DNA of 64,000 bases from Rhodospirillaceae bacterium (GCA_002690995.1 NZGS01000103.1:2280-66279), one strand, 5' to 3'; shown: positions 37,282 through 47,242, numbered from the stretch's first letter. Notes: a model not told the origin generated them from the letters alone. Program-made: numbers and translations.

Positions 37282-38085
37282 TTAAATATAATTATTTTCA
37301 TCTTCAATCTGCTTCTTGCTTTTTATATATAAACTTATATTTCCTAAACTACCGATTTTGGATTGAATATGGAACGGCATATTTTTCTCAAAAATCAAAT
37401 TAATTTTATCGTTCAAACCTGAAATTTTCAAGATGCGAGAAATGTGCTCCGTCTCAAAGACATCCTCGAAAACATAATCGTTGTCATTGCTGTCTGAATC
37501 GCCGGGCAGAAATACTTCTCGGGAAAAGATGGCATCCACGTCGGAATAAAAACCAATTTGTTGTTTTGTGGCACGTATTTTCAAAGTGGTGGATATTGGA
37601 ATCATGTCTTTACACATTTTTGAAAATTCGTTTGAAAACACCAAAATCGAATTACAATATTTTTTTGGTAACTCAATTTGAAGATTCTCCAATGTCTGGA
37701 TAGTAATCATTGAAATCGTCTTACGATTCATGTCTTTCGGAATAATCTCAATGCCCAAATAATGAATATTATTCTCCTCAATGAAAAATACCAAAGAATC
37801 ACGCTTCTTTACCGATTTCAGCATGCGATAAAAATGATTCAAATTTATCCCAATATTAATACACTGATTCTCCACCTTTGTACTAAAATGAAAACCAAAA
37901 AAACTGTCGCTGTCCAATTTCAAATCAATTAATAGCTTTTGATTCGAGTCCATCATCCGTAATGTTAAACCTAATGGGGTTATCTGAAAACATGCCGTTT
38001 TCAATGTATGATGCAACAGTTCTATCAATGTTTTGATTACGTAAGCATCATTTGTCTTACATCGAAATAAATAATCAGTCGCCAT
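37282..38085 (-). CDS. PCNA-like sliding clamp, copy 1 (divergent)
   Basis: The 267-aa length and the N-terminal pattern (FRCKTNDAYVIKTLIELLHHTLKTACFQITPLGLTLRMMDSNQKLLIDLKL) are typical of PCNA domain 1. Confidence 0.7.
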   Translation of the reverse strand: MATDYLFRCKTNDAYVIKTLIELLHHTLKTACFQITPLGLTLRMMDSNQKLLIDLKLDSDSFFGFHFSTKVENQCINIGINLNHFYRMLKSVKKRDSLVFFIEENNIHYLGIEIIPKDMNRKTISMITIQTLENLQIELPKKYCNSILVFSNEFSKMCKDMIPISTTLKIRATKQQIGFYSDVDAIFSREVFLPGDSDSNDNDYVFEDVFETEHISRILKISGLNDKINLIFEKNMPFHIQSKIGSLGNISLYIKSKKQIEDENNYI

Positions 38086-38146
38086 TTTATTTATGACGTT
38101 TTTTTACTTTTAAATGTATATAAAGTTAAAATTTACCTTAATAAAC

Positions 38147-38872
38147 ATGAATTTGGAAATCGACTTTCGCGAACATAAATTGTTAGCACACATCGGAAAC
38201 ACACAAGAACTTGTGATCAAACCATTAGTACTTGGAGATTTTAGAATTTATACGGATACACATGAGATTTTAATCGAACGAAAAACATGGACTGATGTTC
38301 GAGCATCAATCCGTGATGGTCGTTTCAGGGAACAGCGCAGTCGTTTACTTTTATGGAGAAGCGAATCATCCGAAAGGCAAATCATTTATATTGTGGAAGG
38401 AAAATTCGACAAGGAATTTTTAATCGAGAAGCAAGCCATGTATCGTTTAATGATAGGATATTCTATTCCGTTGTTTTTTACCGAAATTATGGAAGAAACG
38501 TGGGAGACCGTTTCCTTTATCTCAAGATCTGATTCGGACAAATTCTTTCGAACGCGGTCCATTGAACAAGATCAAATTGAATCACGATTTAAAGGCGTCC
38601 ATAAAAAAAATTATGAAAATGCAAAGCTTTTCTTTTTGCAAATTCTCTTCTCCATCCGTGGAATTTCCAGTCCCATGGCTATCGCTATCGGAGAACATTT
38701 TCAAAGTTGTCACGAGTTCTTCAGACAATATCTGGATAATCCGCATGGACTCGAGCAAACCTTGTTGGATATTCGTTACGGAAACAAAGAGAAAAAATTA
38801 ACCAAATCAATTATCCAAAAGATTTTAAATTATCTTGGTTGTAATAAAAATGAAATTCTTTCAGAAATTTGA
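38147..38872 (+). CDS. ERCC4-type (XPF/Mus81-like) nuclease
   Basis: The ERCC4 core is LGDFRIY...ILIERKTWTDVRASIRDGRFREQRSRL (pattern GD ... ERK ... D ... R-x-x-Q). The start was moved to ATG 38147. Confidence 0.75.
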   Translation: MNLEIDFREHKLLAHIGNTQELVIKPLVLGDFRIYTDTHEILIERKTWTDVRASIRDGRFREQRSRLLLWRSESSERQIIYIVEGKFDKEFLIEKQAMYRLMIGYSIPLFFTEIMEETWETVSFISRSDSDKFFRTRSIEQDQIESRFKGVHKKNYENAKLFFLQILFSIRGISSPMAIAIGEHFQSCHEFFRQYLDNPHGLEQTLLDIRYGNKEKKLTKSIIQKILNYLGCNKNEILSEI

Positions 38873-39020
38873 AAATATTAAAACAGAAAGAATACTGGCG
38901 GAAATTTCATTGTTCCTCCTCATTATCTTTATAGTTTTCGTCAGCATTATAATTTTTAGGACCGAACCTATCTATGTCGATCCTGGAACATCCGATGACA
39001 GCTCGGAGAAAACATCGTAA
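38835..39020 (+). CDS. hypothetical small membrane protein
   Basis: There is one hydrophobic helix, ISLFLLIIFIVFVSIIIF. The start is uncertain. Confidence 0.3.
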   Translation: MVVIKMKFFQKFENIKTERILAEISLFLLIIFIVFVSIIIFRTEPIYVDPGTSDDSSEKTS

Positions 39021-39049
39021 TGTTTACATGTTGCTTCGATAATCCATCA

Positions 39050-39580
39050 TTATCCATAAACTTTATTACATGTCAACCCGCTTTTTGTCTGAAGCACACA
39101 CGCATCTTCCGATGGATCACATGTTACCGCAACCGTAAGTGTTTGTTCACTTGCAGTATAATTTAGTGCCAACCAATTGACATCATCCCCCGCAGATGGT
39201 GCCTGCCATACATAGCATTTTTCAGAACAAAGCAACAAGGCTGTAGGGTTCCCAACGGGACGGCAATTATTTGTGATATCAATGGTGACCGATATGGAAC
39301 TCTGACAAGATTCGGCGGGATCTTGTCCTGGTAGAATATTAAAAGTATACTTGTAATCCCCCGAATAGATACATTTTTGTTGTAAATCACTATTATCATC
39401 TAATGACAAGACAGTGAATTCTTGATATTTCGACTCTGAACATGATTTATCTCGAACGCATTCTTCGTCCCGCTCAAGTCCAATCTGTCGAAGGTTTCGC
39501 AATCGATTCTGGATATAAAAAGCAGTCTTTTGAAACTTCATCTTATGTTTCCCTAATAATAAGCAATATTTTATTTTCAA
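39050..39580 (-). CDS. hypothetical Cys-rich protein
   Basis: The 176-aa product has many Cys residues, suggesting a secreted or virion-surface type protein. No motif was recognised. Confidence 0.4.
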   Translation of the reverse strand: MKIKYCLLLGKHKMKFQKTAFYIQNRLRNLRQIGLERDEECVRDKSCSESKYQEFTVLSLDDNSDLQQKCIYSGDYKYTFNILPGQDPAESCQSSISVTIDITNNCRPVGNPTALLLCSEKCYVWQAPSAGDDVNWLALNYTASEQTLTVAVTCDPSEDACVLQTKSGLTCNKVYG

Positions 39581-39720
39581 TTTATTTTTTTCGAAAATGA
39601 ATCATTTCCTCACCACCACTCGTACGTTCATGTCGGTAAACAAATAATGAGATGCATGCAGTTTGATGAATAGTCCATTTTTAAAATTTTTAGAAAAAAA
39701 AAAATTATTGGATAGGTAAA

Positions 39721-40770
39721 ATGGGAAGAGAATCAACAAATGACACTTGGCGGGATAGTGGATCAAAGCTTGGTGCAAAAATTGGTGCGAACATTGCGAC
39801 CACGGCCTATCGGGCAAAAAGAAAAGCAGACAAAGTAACTCATCAACTGAATAAGCACATGAAAAAAGGTACGGAAAGCGCAAGGGTGAAGCAGAATGTC
39901 CGAATTTATAACATTCGATATGAAGTACAGATGCGTGAAATGAAGATTCTCTACTCTTCATGCCTTCATTGTATCGATCTCCTGAAAGCATATGAATCAT
40001 TATTAATCGATTGTGTGGAAAAGAAATTGATGGCTGGGAAAGGCATTTGTGCCGCCATCATAAGATTTGATAGTATCCGAGAAAGCGATTTGGAGGGTGC
40101 GAACAAGATTATTCACTTGTTAGATCGCATGCAAGCGAATCTCGAATTTATTAAAAACGTATTGAGAACGTATAAAAATTCTCCAGTTTTGTTAAGTAGA
40201 AATGATGAGGAGCAAGCCAAAATGTACGGAGGATATATTACCTCCATTAAAAAAGTAATTTATGAAGATGATAATGTGAAAATATTTGACTGGACCAAGT
40301 TGAAAACGAAAGACAGATTCAGAAACTTCCGGACGGTCGATGCACTCTTCGAAAAGCTTGCCAAAATAAAATTATCGGCAGTAGAAACATGCACTAATGC
40401 AGTGGACTGTATGTATGCCAATATCGCCCATTTTTGGAATCGGAGATTAAGACAAATAAACAATTTAACCGGGGGGGCCCTTGGTTATATCGCACAGCAA
40501 AACGTACCTGTTGCAAGACATGAACAAATATTCCAAGAACAGCTGAGAGATCATATCATACAACTTCGGAAAAAATATGAACGACAAGCGAATCAACAAT
40601 TTAGGAGGGAGAGGGAAAGATTGCAAAGAGAAAATGGAGCATTACTACCCCAACCTGTGTCCAGGGAAGAACGTAAGCGCCAACAACAAAGCAAGGGTCA
40701 ACAACAGCAAGATCAGCAAAATCAGCAGAAACAACAGCAACACTCACGACGTAAACGATCAAGTACATGA
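39721..40770 (+). CDS. hypothetical coiled, basic protein with Gln-rich tail
   Basis: The 349-aa product ends in QQQSKGQQQQDQQNQQKQQQHSRRKRSST. Confidence 0.45.
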   Translation: MGRESTNDTWRDSGSKLGAKIGANIATTAYRAKRKADKVTHQLNKHMKKGTESARVKQNVRIYNIRYEVQMREMKILYSSCLHCIDLLKAYESLLIDCVEKKLMAGKGICAAIIRFDSIRESDLEGANKIIHLLDRMQANLEFIKNVLRTYKNSPVLLSRNDEEQAKMYGGYITSIKKVIYEDDNVKIFDWTKLKTKDRFRNFRTVDALFEKLAKIKLSAVETCTNAVDCMYANIAHFWNRRLRQINNLTGGALGYIAQQNVPVARHEQIFQEQLRDHIIQLRKKYERQANQQFRRERERLQRENGALLPQPVSREERKRQQQSKGQQQQDQQNQQKQQQHSRRKRSST

Positions 40771-40823
40771 CAGCTAAATCCTTTTTATGATTGATTCATA
40801 TCTATTTTCGATCAAATTCGCTA

Positions 40824-40852
40824 TCCAACAGCACTACTACAATACTGTTGGA
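40824..40852. terminator. hairpin at the junction of convergent genes
   Basis: TCCAACAG (40824-40831) and CTGTTGGA (40845-40852) are reverse complements. The hairpin straddles the stop of the UXS gene. Confidence 0.35.
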
Positions 40853-41784
40853 TCAAGTTGTCGAAAATAATCAATCGTTTCAACCAATCCCTCTTTTAAC
40901 GATATTTCGGGTTGCCAACCATAGTCTCCATGAATTTTTGAAATGTCAGGACGGCGCTGTTTCGGATCATTGATAGGCAAAGGCTTTCCAATGAAAATAG
41001 AATTGGACTTTGTGAGCGAATGAATCGTTTCTGCTAAATGGTGGATTGTCAATTCATTGGGGTTTCCAACATTATAAGGTCCAGGATGTGGTCCGTCCAT
41101 CACTGCCATAATTCCTTTTACTGTATCGGAGACATAACAAAAACTTCTTGTTTGTTCCCCCTTTCCATAAATCGTAATCGGCTCAGAGTGTAAGCATTGC
41201 ATGATGAAATTGCTGACAACGCGACCATCATATGGATCCATATGAGGTCCATAGGTATTGAAAATACGGACGATGCGGATATCCACGCCATGCTGATGGT
41301 GATATTCCCGCATAATCGTTTCTGCACATCGTTTTCCTTCATCATAACAGGACCTTGGACCAATTGGATTCACGTTTCCCCAATAGTCCTCGTTTTGCGG
41401 AGACATTGTGGGGTCGCCATAAATTTCAGAAGTCGACGTAAGTAAAATTTTCGCACCGACACGTTTTGCAAGACCAAGCATGTTGATCGTTCCCACGACA
41501 TTTGTTTTTATTGTCTTTATGGGATTTAACTGATATGCTCGGGGTGATGCAGGACACGCCATGTGGTAGATTTCATCGACTTCAATATACAAAGGTAATG
41601 TTACGTCATGACGTATGAATTCAAAGTTTGGATTCTTGCGGAATTTAGTGATATTTTCCATACTTCCGGTAAAATTGTTGTCTACACAGATGATGTAATT
41701 GCTGGGATTGCGCAAAAGAGACGTGATTAAATGGTGTCCAATAAATCCAGTGCCACCCGTCACTAAAATACGTTTTTTCGTCAT
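40837..41784 (-). CDS. UXS: UDP-glucuronate decarboxylase (UDP-xylose synthase)
   Basis: The extended-SDR motif is [14 protein letters not shown] and the catalytic block is [21 protein letters not shown] is also present. The length is typical at 315 aa. Confidence 0.85.
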   Translation of the reverse strand: MTKKRILVTGGTGFIGHHLITSLLRNPSNYIICVDNNFTGSMENITKFRKNPNFEFIRHDVTLPLYIEVDEIYHMACPASPRAYQLNPIKTIKTNVVGTINMLGLAKRVGAKILLTSTSEIYGDPTMSPQNEDYWGNVNPIGPRSCYDEGKRCAETIMREYHHQHGVDIRIVRIFNTYGPHMDPYDGRVVSNFIMQCLHSEPITIYGKGEQTRSFCYVSDTVKGIMAVMDGPHPGPYNVGNPNELTIHHLAETIHSLTKSNSIFIGKPLPINDPKQRRPDISKIHGDYGWQPEISLKEGLVETIDYFRQLDPTVL

Positions 41785-41854
41785 TTATCCATGAGACCTT
41801 TGTTTTCTTAAACTATATTTTTTGAACCATTCAAAAAATATTTGCCATCACACT

Positions 41855-42145
41855 TTAGGAGGAACTTACATTGTCTGCACGTTGCGCAGTATAACCTAAA
41901 TCGCAACGATTCGAAAAAAAGAAATTTTGAGGACAGCTAGTGCCATAGGCGAGAGCACTTTTTGGATATCGCACTTGGGCATCGTCGTAGGTTAGACTGT
42001 TTAACCCCTTCGAAGCGTGCACAGGAACTGGGACGGTTGGTGTGCTATATCCTTTGAACGGTATCCCCATGTTGGACAATCTGTTGTATGCGCCCAAACT
42101 GGAAAACTGTGTATGGTAGGAAGATAAATTTCCGTAACTTGCCAT
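41855..42145 (-). CDS. hypothetical protein
   Basis: This is a 96-aa ORF. No motif was recognised. Confidence 0.3.
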   Translation of the reverse strand: MASYGNLSSYHTQFSSLGAYNRLSNMGIPFKGYSTPTVPVPVHASKGLNSLTYDDAQVRYPKSALAYGTSCPQNFFFSNRCDLGYTAQRADNVSSS

Positions 42146-42169
42146 TTTTCTTTAAGGATTATTTTTTTT

Positions 42170-42982
42170 TTACAAAAAAAATTTTTCAAACAAATCGTTA
42201 TAGTTTTGAAAATTTCCAATTTGACTTGCTATGATTTGAAAACCTGTTGCATTCGTGAAGAAACGTTTTAATTCCTGAAAATTTGACATATTTGGGTCGA
42301 CATGGGCAAGTCCAAAATCAATAATGTATACATGAATATTGGATGAAAATCCATAATCTTTGTCCCCAATCAAAATATGGACTTTTTCGGGATTGTCGGA
42401 CTGTTCAAGCATGACATTTTCTTCATGTAAGTCCCCATGATGTATATGAAGAGTATCCATCAGATACATTTGCAGAATAATCGCTTGCGCAATTTTAAAG
42501 GCATGTTTCTGAAAGCGATCCCTTCGTCTGTCTTGATACTCTTGGAGCGTACGACGTACATACGGTAGAATAATATTCATGATCGGTCGATCATTCTCAA
42601 CAGAGACGAACGTAGTTAATATTTTCAGGGCGCGTACATTATGAACTTCTAAACTCCGTTGCACTAATTTGTTGATGTAAATTTCCTTAAAAACTGTAAA
42701 ATCCTTGGAATAAATGGAATTTGAAAGTGCATTTTGTTCGATCAGGTCATAATCTGCATTCGCCATCAAAATTTTCTTCCGGATGAAAGTTTTTTTATCT
42801 TGATGCCAGCCAACAAAAATATCAGAATTGATAAGTCCTTTGTTCATTCGAAACCATTTTATCCGGTTTTGGGTACAGATATCCAAAAATGCTTCGTGGT
42901 CTTCAACAGAATCAAACATGCGCTTTTTAAAATAAATCATATAAAAATAAATAATTATCAAAAAAAAATGAAGAGTTTCCAA
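42170..42982 (-). CDS. protein-kinase-like fold protein (Bud32/RIO/APH-like catalytic loop)
   Basis: The catalytic loop is HHGDLHEENVML and the metal-binding motif is IIDFGLAH. The true start may be an internal Met. Confidence 0.6.
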   Translation of the reverse strand: METLHFFLIIIYFYMIYFKKRMFDSVEDHEAFLDICTQNRIKWFRMNKGLINSDIFVGWHQDKKTFIRKKILMANADYDLIEQNALSNSIYSKDFTVFKEIYINKLVQRSLEVHNVRALKILTTFVSVENDRPIMNIILPYVRRTLQEYQDRRRDRFQKHAFKIAQAIILQMYLMDTLHIHHGDLHEENVMLEQSDNPEKVHILIGDKDYGFSSNIHVYIIDFGLAHVDPNMSNFQELKRFFTNATGFQIIASQIGNFQNYNDLFEKFFL

Positions 42983-43861
42983 AAGTTACGAATTTTGTAT
43001 TCGGTTCTTTATGTGATTTATTTAATTTACTTTCTATATAATTATTTAAAGGAAAAATACATTCTGCTACCTATTTACACGGAGTTCATTTCGACGGAGA
43101 CGATTGATGATGTAGAACGACAATTTCTTTCGAATGATGCTGGTGTAACCATATTTCATGCGCCTACGGGAACGCAGTTTGAAAATTGTTTGTTTGTCTT
43201 TAACAGTTGCCAAGGAAACTCAAATTTGAAATATATTCTGATGCGACAACTACAGGAGGCCTTTGACAAATTTACCATTGTGCAGGTAGAATATCCTGGC
43301 TACGGATTTTGCCCCCATTTTCCAATCTCCATTACGCAAATTCTTGCTGTCGTGGCGGAAACATTTGAGCTCATGATGAAAAACCATCAAGAGATTAAAA
43401 CGTTGGGCTTTTTTGGAGAACAGTTTGGTTCCTATGTTCAATCCCATATATATAATTACGCAAGTACACATCACCTACGAAAACCGGACTTTATCATTGA
43501 ATTGAATGGTATCACAAGCTTATTTGATTTCGCTTTGGCAGAGTATGATTTTCTATTATTTCCTGTGGAGTTTCCACTGTTGCAATGGCGTTCAAAAGAG
43601 TACGATTCCATTTCTGCTGGGACTCCATTTTTTATTCTTTTTACAGATGACACAAAACACGTTTTAGATTCACTAACATTTTTTTATCACATGAGTGAAA
43701 AATGCGAACATTGCCATTTGGTGCATTTAGAAGGGAAAAAGAGTTTTGGGTTTTTGTTACATGAAAACCAGGAAAAAATTGATAAGATTTACCATTTTGT
43801 GGAAAGTCATTGTAATAAAAAATCGAGCTCGAACCGAATGGTGTCAAATTCTGCACCTTGA
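42968..43861 (+). CDS. alpha/beta-hydrolase-fold protein with degenerate active site
   Basis: FNSCQGNSN stands where HGN-x-GN is expected, and VEYPGYGFC where Y-R-G-Y-G-x-S is expected. The nucleophile elbow reads GEQFG, with Gln in place of Ser. The start was moved to ATG 42968. Confidence 0.5.
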   Translation: MKSFQKLRILYSVLYVIYLIYFLYNYLKEKYILLPIYTEFISTETIDDVERQFLSNDAGVTIFHAPTGTQFENCLFVFNSCQGNSNLKYILMRQLQEAFDKFTIVQVEYPGYGFCPHFPISITQILAVVAETFELMMKNHQEIKTLGFFGEQFGSYVQSHIYNYASTHHLRKPDFIIELNGITSLFDFALAEYDFLLFPVEFPLLQWRSKEYDSISAGTPFFILFTDDTKHVLDSLTFFYHMSEKCEHCHLVHLEGKKSFGFLLHENQEKIDKIYHFVESHCNKKSSSNRMVSNSAP

Positions 43862-44181
43862 ATCGTCGCTTTTCGTTCACCGTCTTTATAGATAAAAAAA
43901 CTTGGGACAACACTGACGAGATCTTTGTGAAAGCTATATTCATCATCAATGTTGTCTTTGAGAAATTCAACAGGTGATTCTGTATATTCCGTTTTCAAAT
44001 GATCATATTCCGGCGCACATTCACGGCATGGCAAACACCATTCCGCCCACACATACACAATGATAATTCCGGAATGTTGAAAAAAGTTATGGAGTGTTAT
44101 TTTCTCCTCCTCAACATGTTTTTCAATCGGATGAAGATCAAGTCCATAAGAAATATCGACCATTGTTTCCTTTTTTACCAA
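43807..44181 (-). CDS. thioredoxin-fold protein
   Basis: The W-C-x-x-C active site is WAEWCLPCRE, followed by VPSFFIYKDG (cis-Pro region). Confidence 0.8.
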   Translation of the reverse strand: MVKKETMVDISYGLDLHPIEKHVEEEKITLHNFFQHSGIIIVYVWAEWCLPCRECAPEYDHLKTEYTESPVEFLKDNIDDEYSFHKDLVSVVPSFFIYKDGERKATIQGAEFDTIRFELDFLLQ

Positions 44182-44440
44182 TTAAAAACGGATCTTTTTA
44201 AATCATGAAGCTCCATGCTCTTCCTTCTGGGTCGAAGATTGGGGTTTACAGAATATTGCATTCGACAAAAATACAAGATCAAAGTTTTGCGGTCTAGTCG
44301 ATCGATGGTGAGCGGCAACTTCGTAGTAGTGGGTTCTTCTCTCGTAAAAAATAATTATATGGATAAAAAATAATTATTACAAAAAAAAGCTTGTGGATGT
44401 AAAAAATGAAGTTTTTTAATTATATTGTTTATTAAAAAAA

Positions 44441-47194
44441 ATGGACCCACTACATTCCTTCTTGAATGAATACAAAGTTCAAGATAAACACCCACATCGG
44501 ATTACGCATGTGACCATGGATCCCGTCGGACGTTTTTCAATTATCGATACACAGGATAAACGAAAGTTATTCTATCTGTATAATCGTGCAATCCAGTCGG
44601 GGGAAAAGGTTTCATTACTTGAGCTCCAAATCTATTCTCATATTCCGGTAATTGTGGATGTCGATTTGAAGGTGGATGCAGAAATGCTTTCCCCACCTTT
44701 GTATCATTTGGGTCACGTTCAGACGATTGTAAAAGCATTTCAGAAAATACTTCAGGAGATTGTGGTAGAGCTCGATCAGGAGGATCTAGTTTGTTTTTTA
44801 TTTGAAAAACCGGCGTATCACGAAATCGGCCGTGATGGGACACGATGGTTAAAGAATGGTTTTCATTTACATTTTCCTCAATTGTTTTTAAGTAGACAAA
44901 GTCAGGAGCATGTTTTACTACCGAAAGTTACAAATGAATTAAAGACCATTTTTCAGAACGATTCAACTTCCTTACCGGACTGTGTTTTACCGGGAAAGCT
45001 TATTGATACACAGATTGTCAAAAAGAAAGGATCACCATGGTTACTTTATGGTTCCTCAAAGAGTAAAAAACACAAACCCTATTTAATAACTCGTGGTTTT
45101 ACATGGCAAGGAGTTCCCGTAGAGCGATGGACCGATCTTTTGGTAGACTATCCAATTCACGCAAGTACCGATCATAGCGAGGAATATATACGTGGACATT
45201 TATCGGAGATTTTTTCAATTATTGCGACCGATGAAAAAAGTGATTTCTTTTACAAAACCTATCCGAATATTCAAAGACAAGATATTATGTCACAAGATCA
45301 AATTAATAATGGCGTCGTCAGCGAAGCGCTTCATAATCGGAACGAATCTGATGCAGAAGTAAATGAAACATTAATAGATGACTTACTCGAAATTCTCAAT
45401 GATATGAGTTATTCCTTTAATGACTGGATGTATATGGGCTGGATTTTGTTTAATATCTATCATGGTGATCGGAAAGGATTTGAAAAGTGGGACAAATTTT
45501 CCCAAAGATGCCCGGAAAAATATTCTCGCTCGACATGTCAACAGAAATGGAAAAAGATGGAAATGTCAAATATTACGGTTGGATCGTTGAAATATTTGGC
45601 CAAAGAGAAAAATGAAGAGCAATATGTGCTGGTCATGAACAAATTTTTAAAGCATCATTCGGACAAATCCTTGAAAACACAACAAATCTCTCATCATAAT
45701 CTTGCAACCTTGATGCATCTGATCTACGACAATGAGTTTGTCTGTTCGGATGTTGCAAAAAACCGTTGGTATCATTTCAACGGCAATGTTTGGGTGGCAA
45801 ACAATGACGGAGTGGGGTTGCGAAATCGAATATCCCGGCAATTTCGTGAAAAGTATCGTGAAGTAAACCTTCAACGAAATTTCGAGGAAATTCATGCGTT
45901 ATTAAAATCGTTTAAACCTAATGGCACGTCAGAGGAACTTTTGCGAAAAATTATACATAATGGCGAAAATAAGGAAGGATCTTTACAAGAAGCACAGAAT
46001 GAGGTAAAAAATTACATGAAAGTGATGGAGGGTTTAGAATCGGTACCTTTCAAGAAAAATTTAATGTGTGAGGCAAAAGATTTATTTTATGATGCAGAAT
46101 TTACAAAAAAATTGGATGCGAATAAAAAACTGATTGCTTTCCAGAATGGTGTGTATAATCTCGATACGTTTGAGTTTCGCAAGGGATATCCAAGCGATTA
46201 TATAAGTTTGTCGCTTCCATTTTCCTATAATCCAAATCTCACAATGGATCACCCTGAAGTCCGATTAGTCATTGACTTTTTTGAAAAAATATTTGTGAAT
46301 GAGTCCATTCGTAATTACTTTTTGGATCTCAATTGTTTCATTTTTGAAGGAGGCAATATTCACAAAACCATTCAAATTTGGACCGGAACAGGTGATAATG
46401 CAAAATCAGTTACTCAAAATTTAATTGAAAAGTTAATGGGTCCACTTTGCGTGAAACTACCAACATCTTTAATTGTTGGAAAGAGAACGCAATCCAGCAG
46501 TGCTTCCCCGGAGCTAGCACAGACGAGTGGTGTACGTTTTTGTTTTTTACAAGAGCCTTCCAAAAATGATGTCATGAATACTGGAATTTTGAAAGAATTA
46601 AGTGGTAATGATTCTTTTTATGCTCGTGCTCTTCATTCTGATCCAGTCGAGATTCAACCACAATTCAAACTTGCTTTAATTTGCAATGATCCCCCCAAAA
46701 CCGAGCAATCGGACCAAGCAACGTGGAATCGCGTTCGTGTCATTCCCTTTGAATCACATTTTTCTTCGAAAGCGCCAAGTTCTTTAGAGGAACAGAAAAA
46801 GAAAAAACAATTTCCGATTGATCGTCATTTTGATAAAAAAATCCCTTCGATGATTGAAGCACTTGCATATTTGTTTTTAGAACGATATAAAACATTAAAA
46901 GATCGTGAAATTTTTGAGCCGGATGAGGTTAAAGTCGCTACCGAAGCCTATCGAAACAAAAACGATCATTTTGGTCAGTTCTTAAGTGAATGTGTCAAAG
47001 ATGAAGAAGATGCAAGTATTTCGACTTCAGAATTATTCCGAGCTTTTGTCGAATGGTTCCGCGATGTCAAGCCGAATATGAAACTGCCTATTAAGGATGA
47101 ATTACAGGAGTATCTCGTTAAAAAATGGGGACGGCAAGAAGTTCGTCAAATCTGGAAACACAAAACCCTTATATTCCAAGACGAGGATGAATGA
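44441..47194 (+). CDS. D5-like primase-helicase (AEP primase + SF3 helicase)
   Basis: The N-terminal AEP motifs are VIVDVDLK and GFHLHFP. The C-terminal SF3 helicase has Walker A WTGTGDNAKS, Walker B-like FCFLQEP and motif C LICND. The product is 917 aa. Confidence 0.9.
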   Translation: MDPLHSFLNEYKVQDKHPHRITHVTMDPVGRFSIIDTQDKRKLFYLYNRAIQSGEKVSLLELQIYSHIPVIVDVDLKVDAEMLSPPLYHLGHVQTIVKAFQKILQEIVVELDQEDLVCFLFEKPAYHEIGRDGTRWLKNGFHLHFPQLFLSRQSQEHVLLPKVTNELKTIFQNDSTSLPDCVLPGKLIDTQIVKKKGSPWLLYGSSKSKKHKPYLITRGFTWQGVPVERWTDLLVDYPIHASTDHSEEYIRGHLSEIFSIIATDEKSDFFYKTYPNIQRQDIMSQDQINNGVVSEALHNRNESDAEVNETLIDDLLEILNDMSYSFNDWMYMGWILFNIYHGDRKGFEKWDKFSQRCPEKYSRSTCQQKWKKMEMSNITVGSLKYLAKEKNEEQYVLVMNKFLKHHSDKSLKTQQISHHNLATLMHLIYDNEFVCSDVAKNRWYHFNGNVWVANNDGVGLRNRISRQFREKYREVNLQRNFEEIHALLKSFKPNGTSEELLRKIIHNGENKEGSLQEAQNEVKNYMKVMEGLESVPFKKNLMCEAKDLFYDAEFTKKLDANKKLIAFQNGVYNLDTFEFRKGYPSDYISLSLPFSYNPNLTMDHPEVRLVIDFFEKIFVNESIRNYFLDLNCFIFEGGNIHKTIQIWTGTGDNAKSVTQNLIEKLMGPLCVKLPTSLIVGKRTQSSSASPELAQTSGVRFCFLQEPSKNDVMNTGILKELSGNDSFYARALHSDPVEIQPQFKLALICNDPPKTEQSDQATWNRVRVIPFESHFSSKAPSSLEEQKKKKQFPIDRHFDKKIPSMIEALAYLFLERYKTLKDREIFEPDEVKVATEAYRNKNDHFGQFLSECVKDEEDASISTSELFRAFVEWFRDVKPNMKLPIKDELQEYLVKKWGRQEVRQIWKHKTLIFQDEDE

Positions 47195-47242
47195 ACTTCT
47201 TTTTTTGTTTCTTGATTTAAAGTAACAAAGGTCTAAAATCAA

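Noticed and set aside
39602-40000. A 132-aa minus-strand ORF overlapping the start of 39721-40770.
   Set aside because: It overlaps a longer, better-behaved plus-strand ORF, starts in the AT-rich spacer and has no recognisable motif. It is treated as a spurious frame.
42734-42967. The upstream 78-codon extension of the alpha/beta-hydrolase-like ORF.
   Set aside because: It runs antisense through the 5' part of the kinase-like gene. The hydrophobic N-terminus starting at ATG 42968 (MKSFQKLRILYSVLYVIYLIYF) is a more plausible start.
44182-44440. A possible tRNA or other structured RNA in the GC-richer spacer before D5.
   Set aside because: I could not assemble a cloverleaf: there is no acceptor/T-arm pairing and no GTTCRA T-loop in context. 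It is kept only as a low-interest finding, not as an RNA gene.
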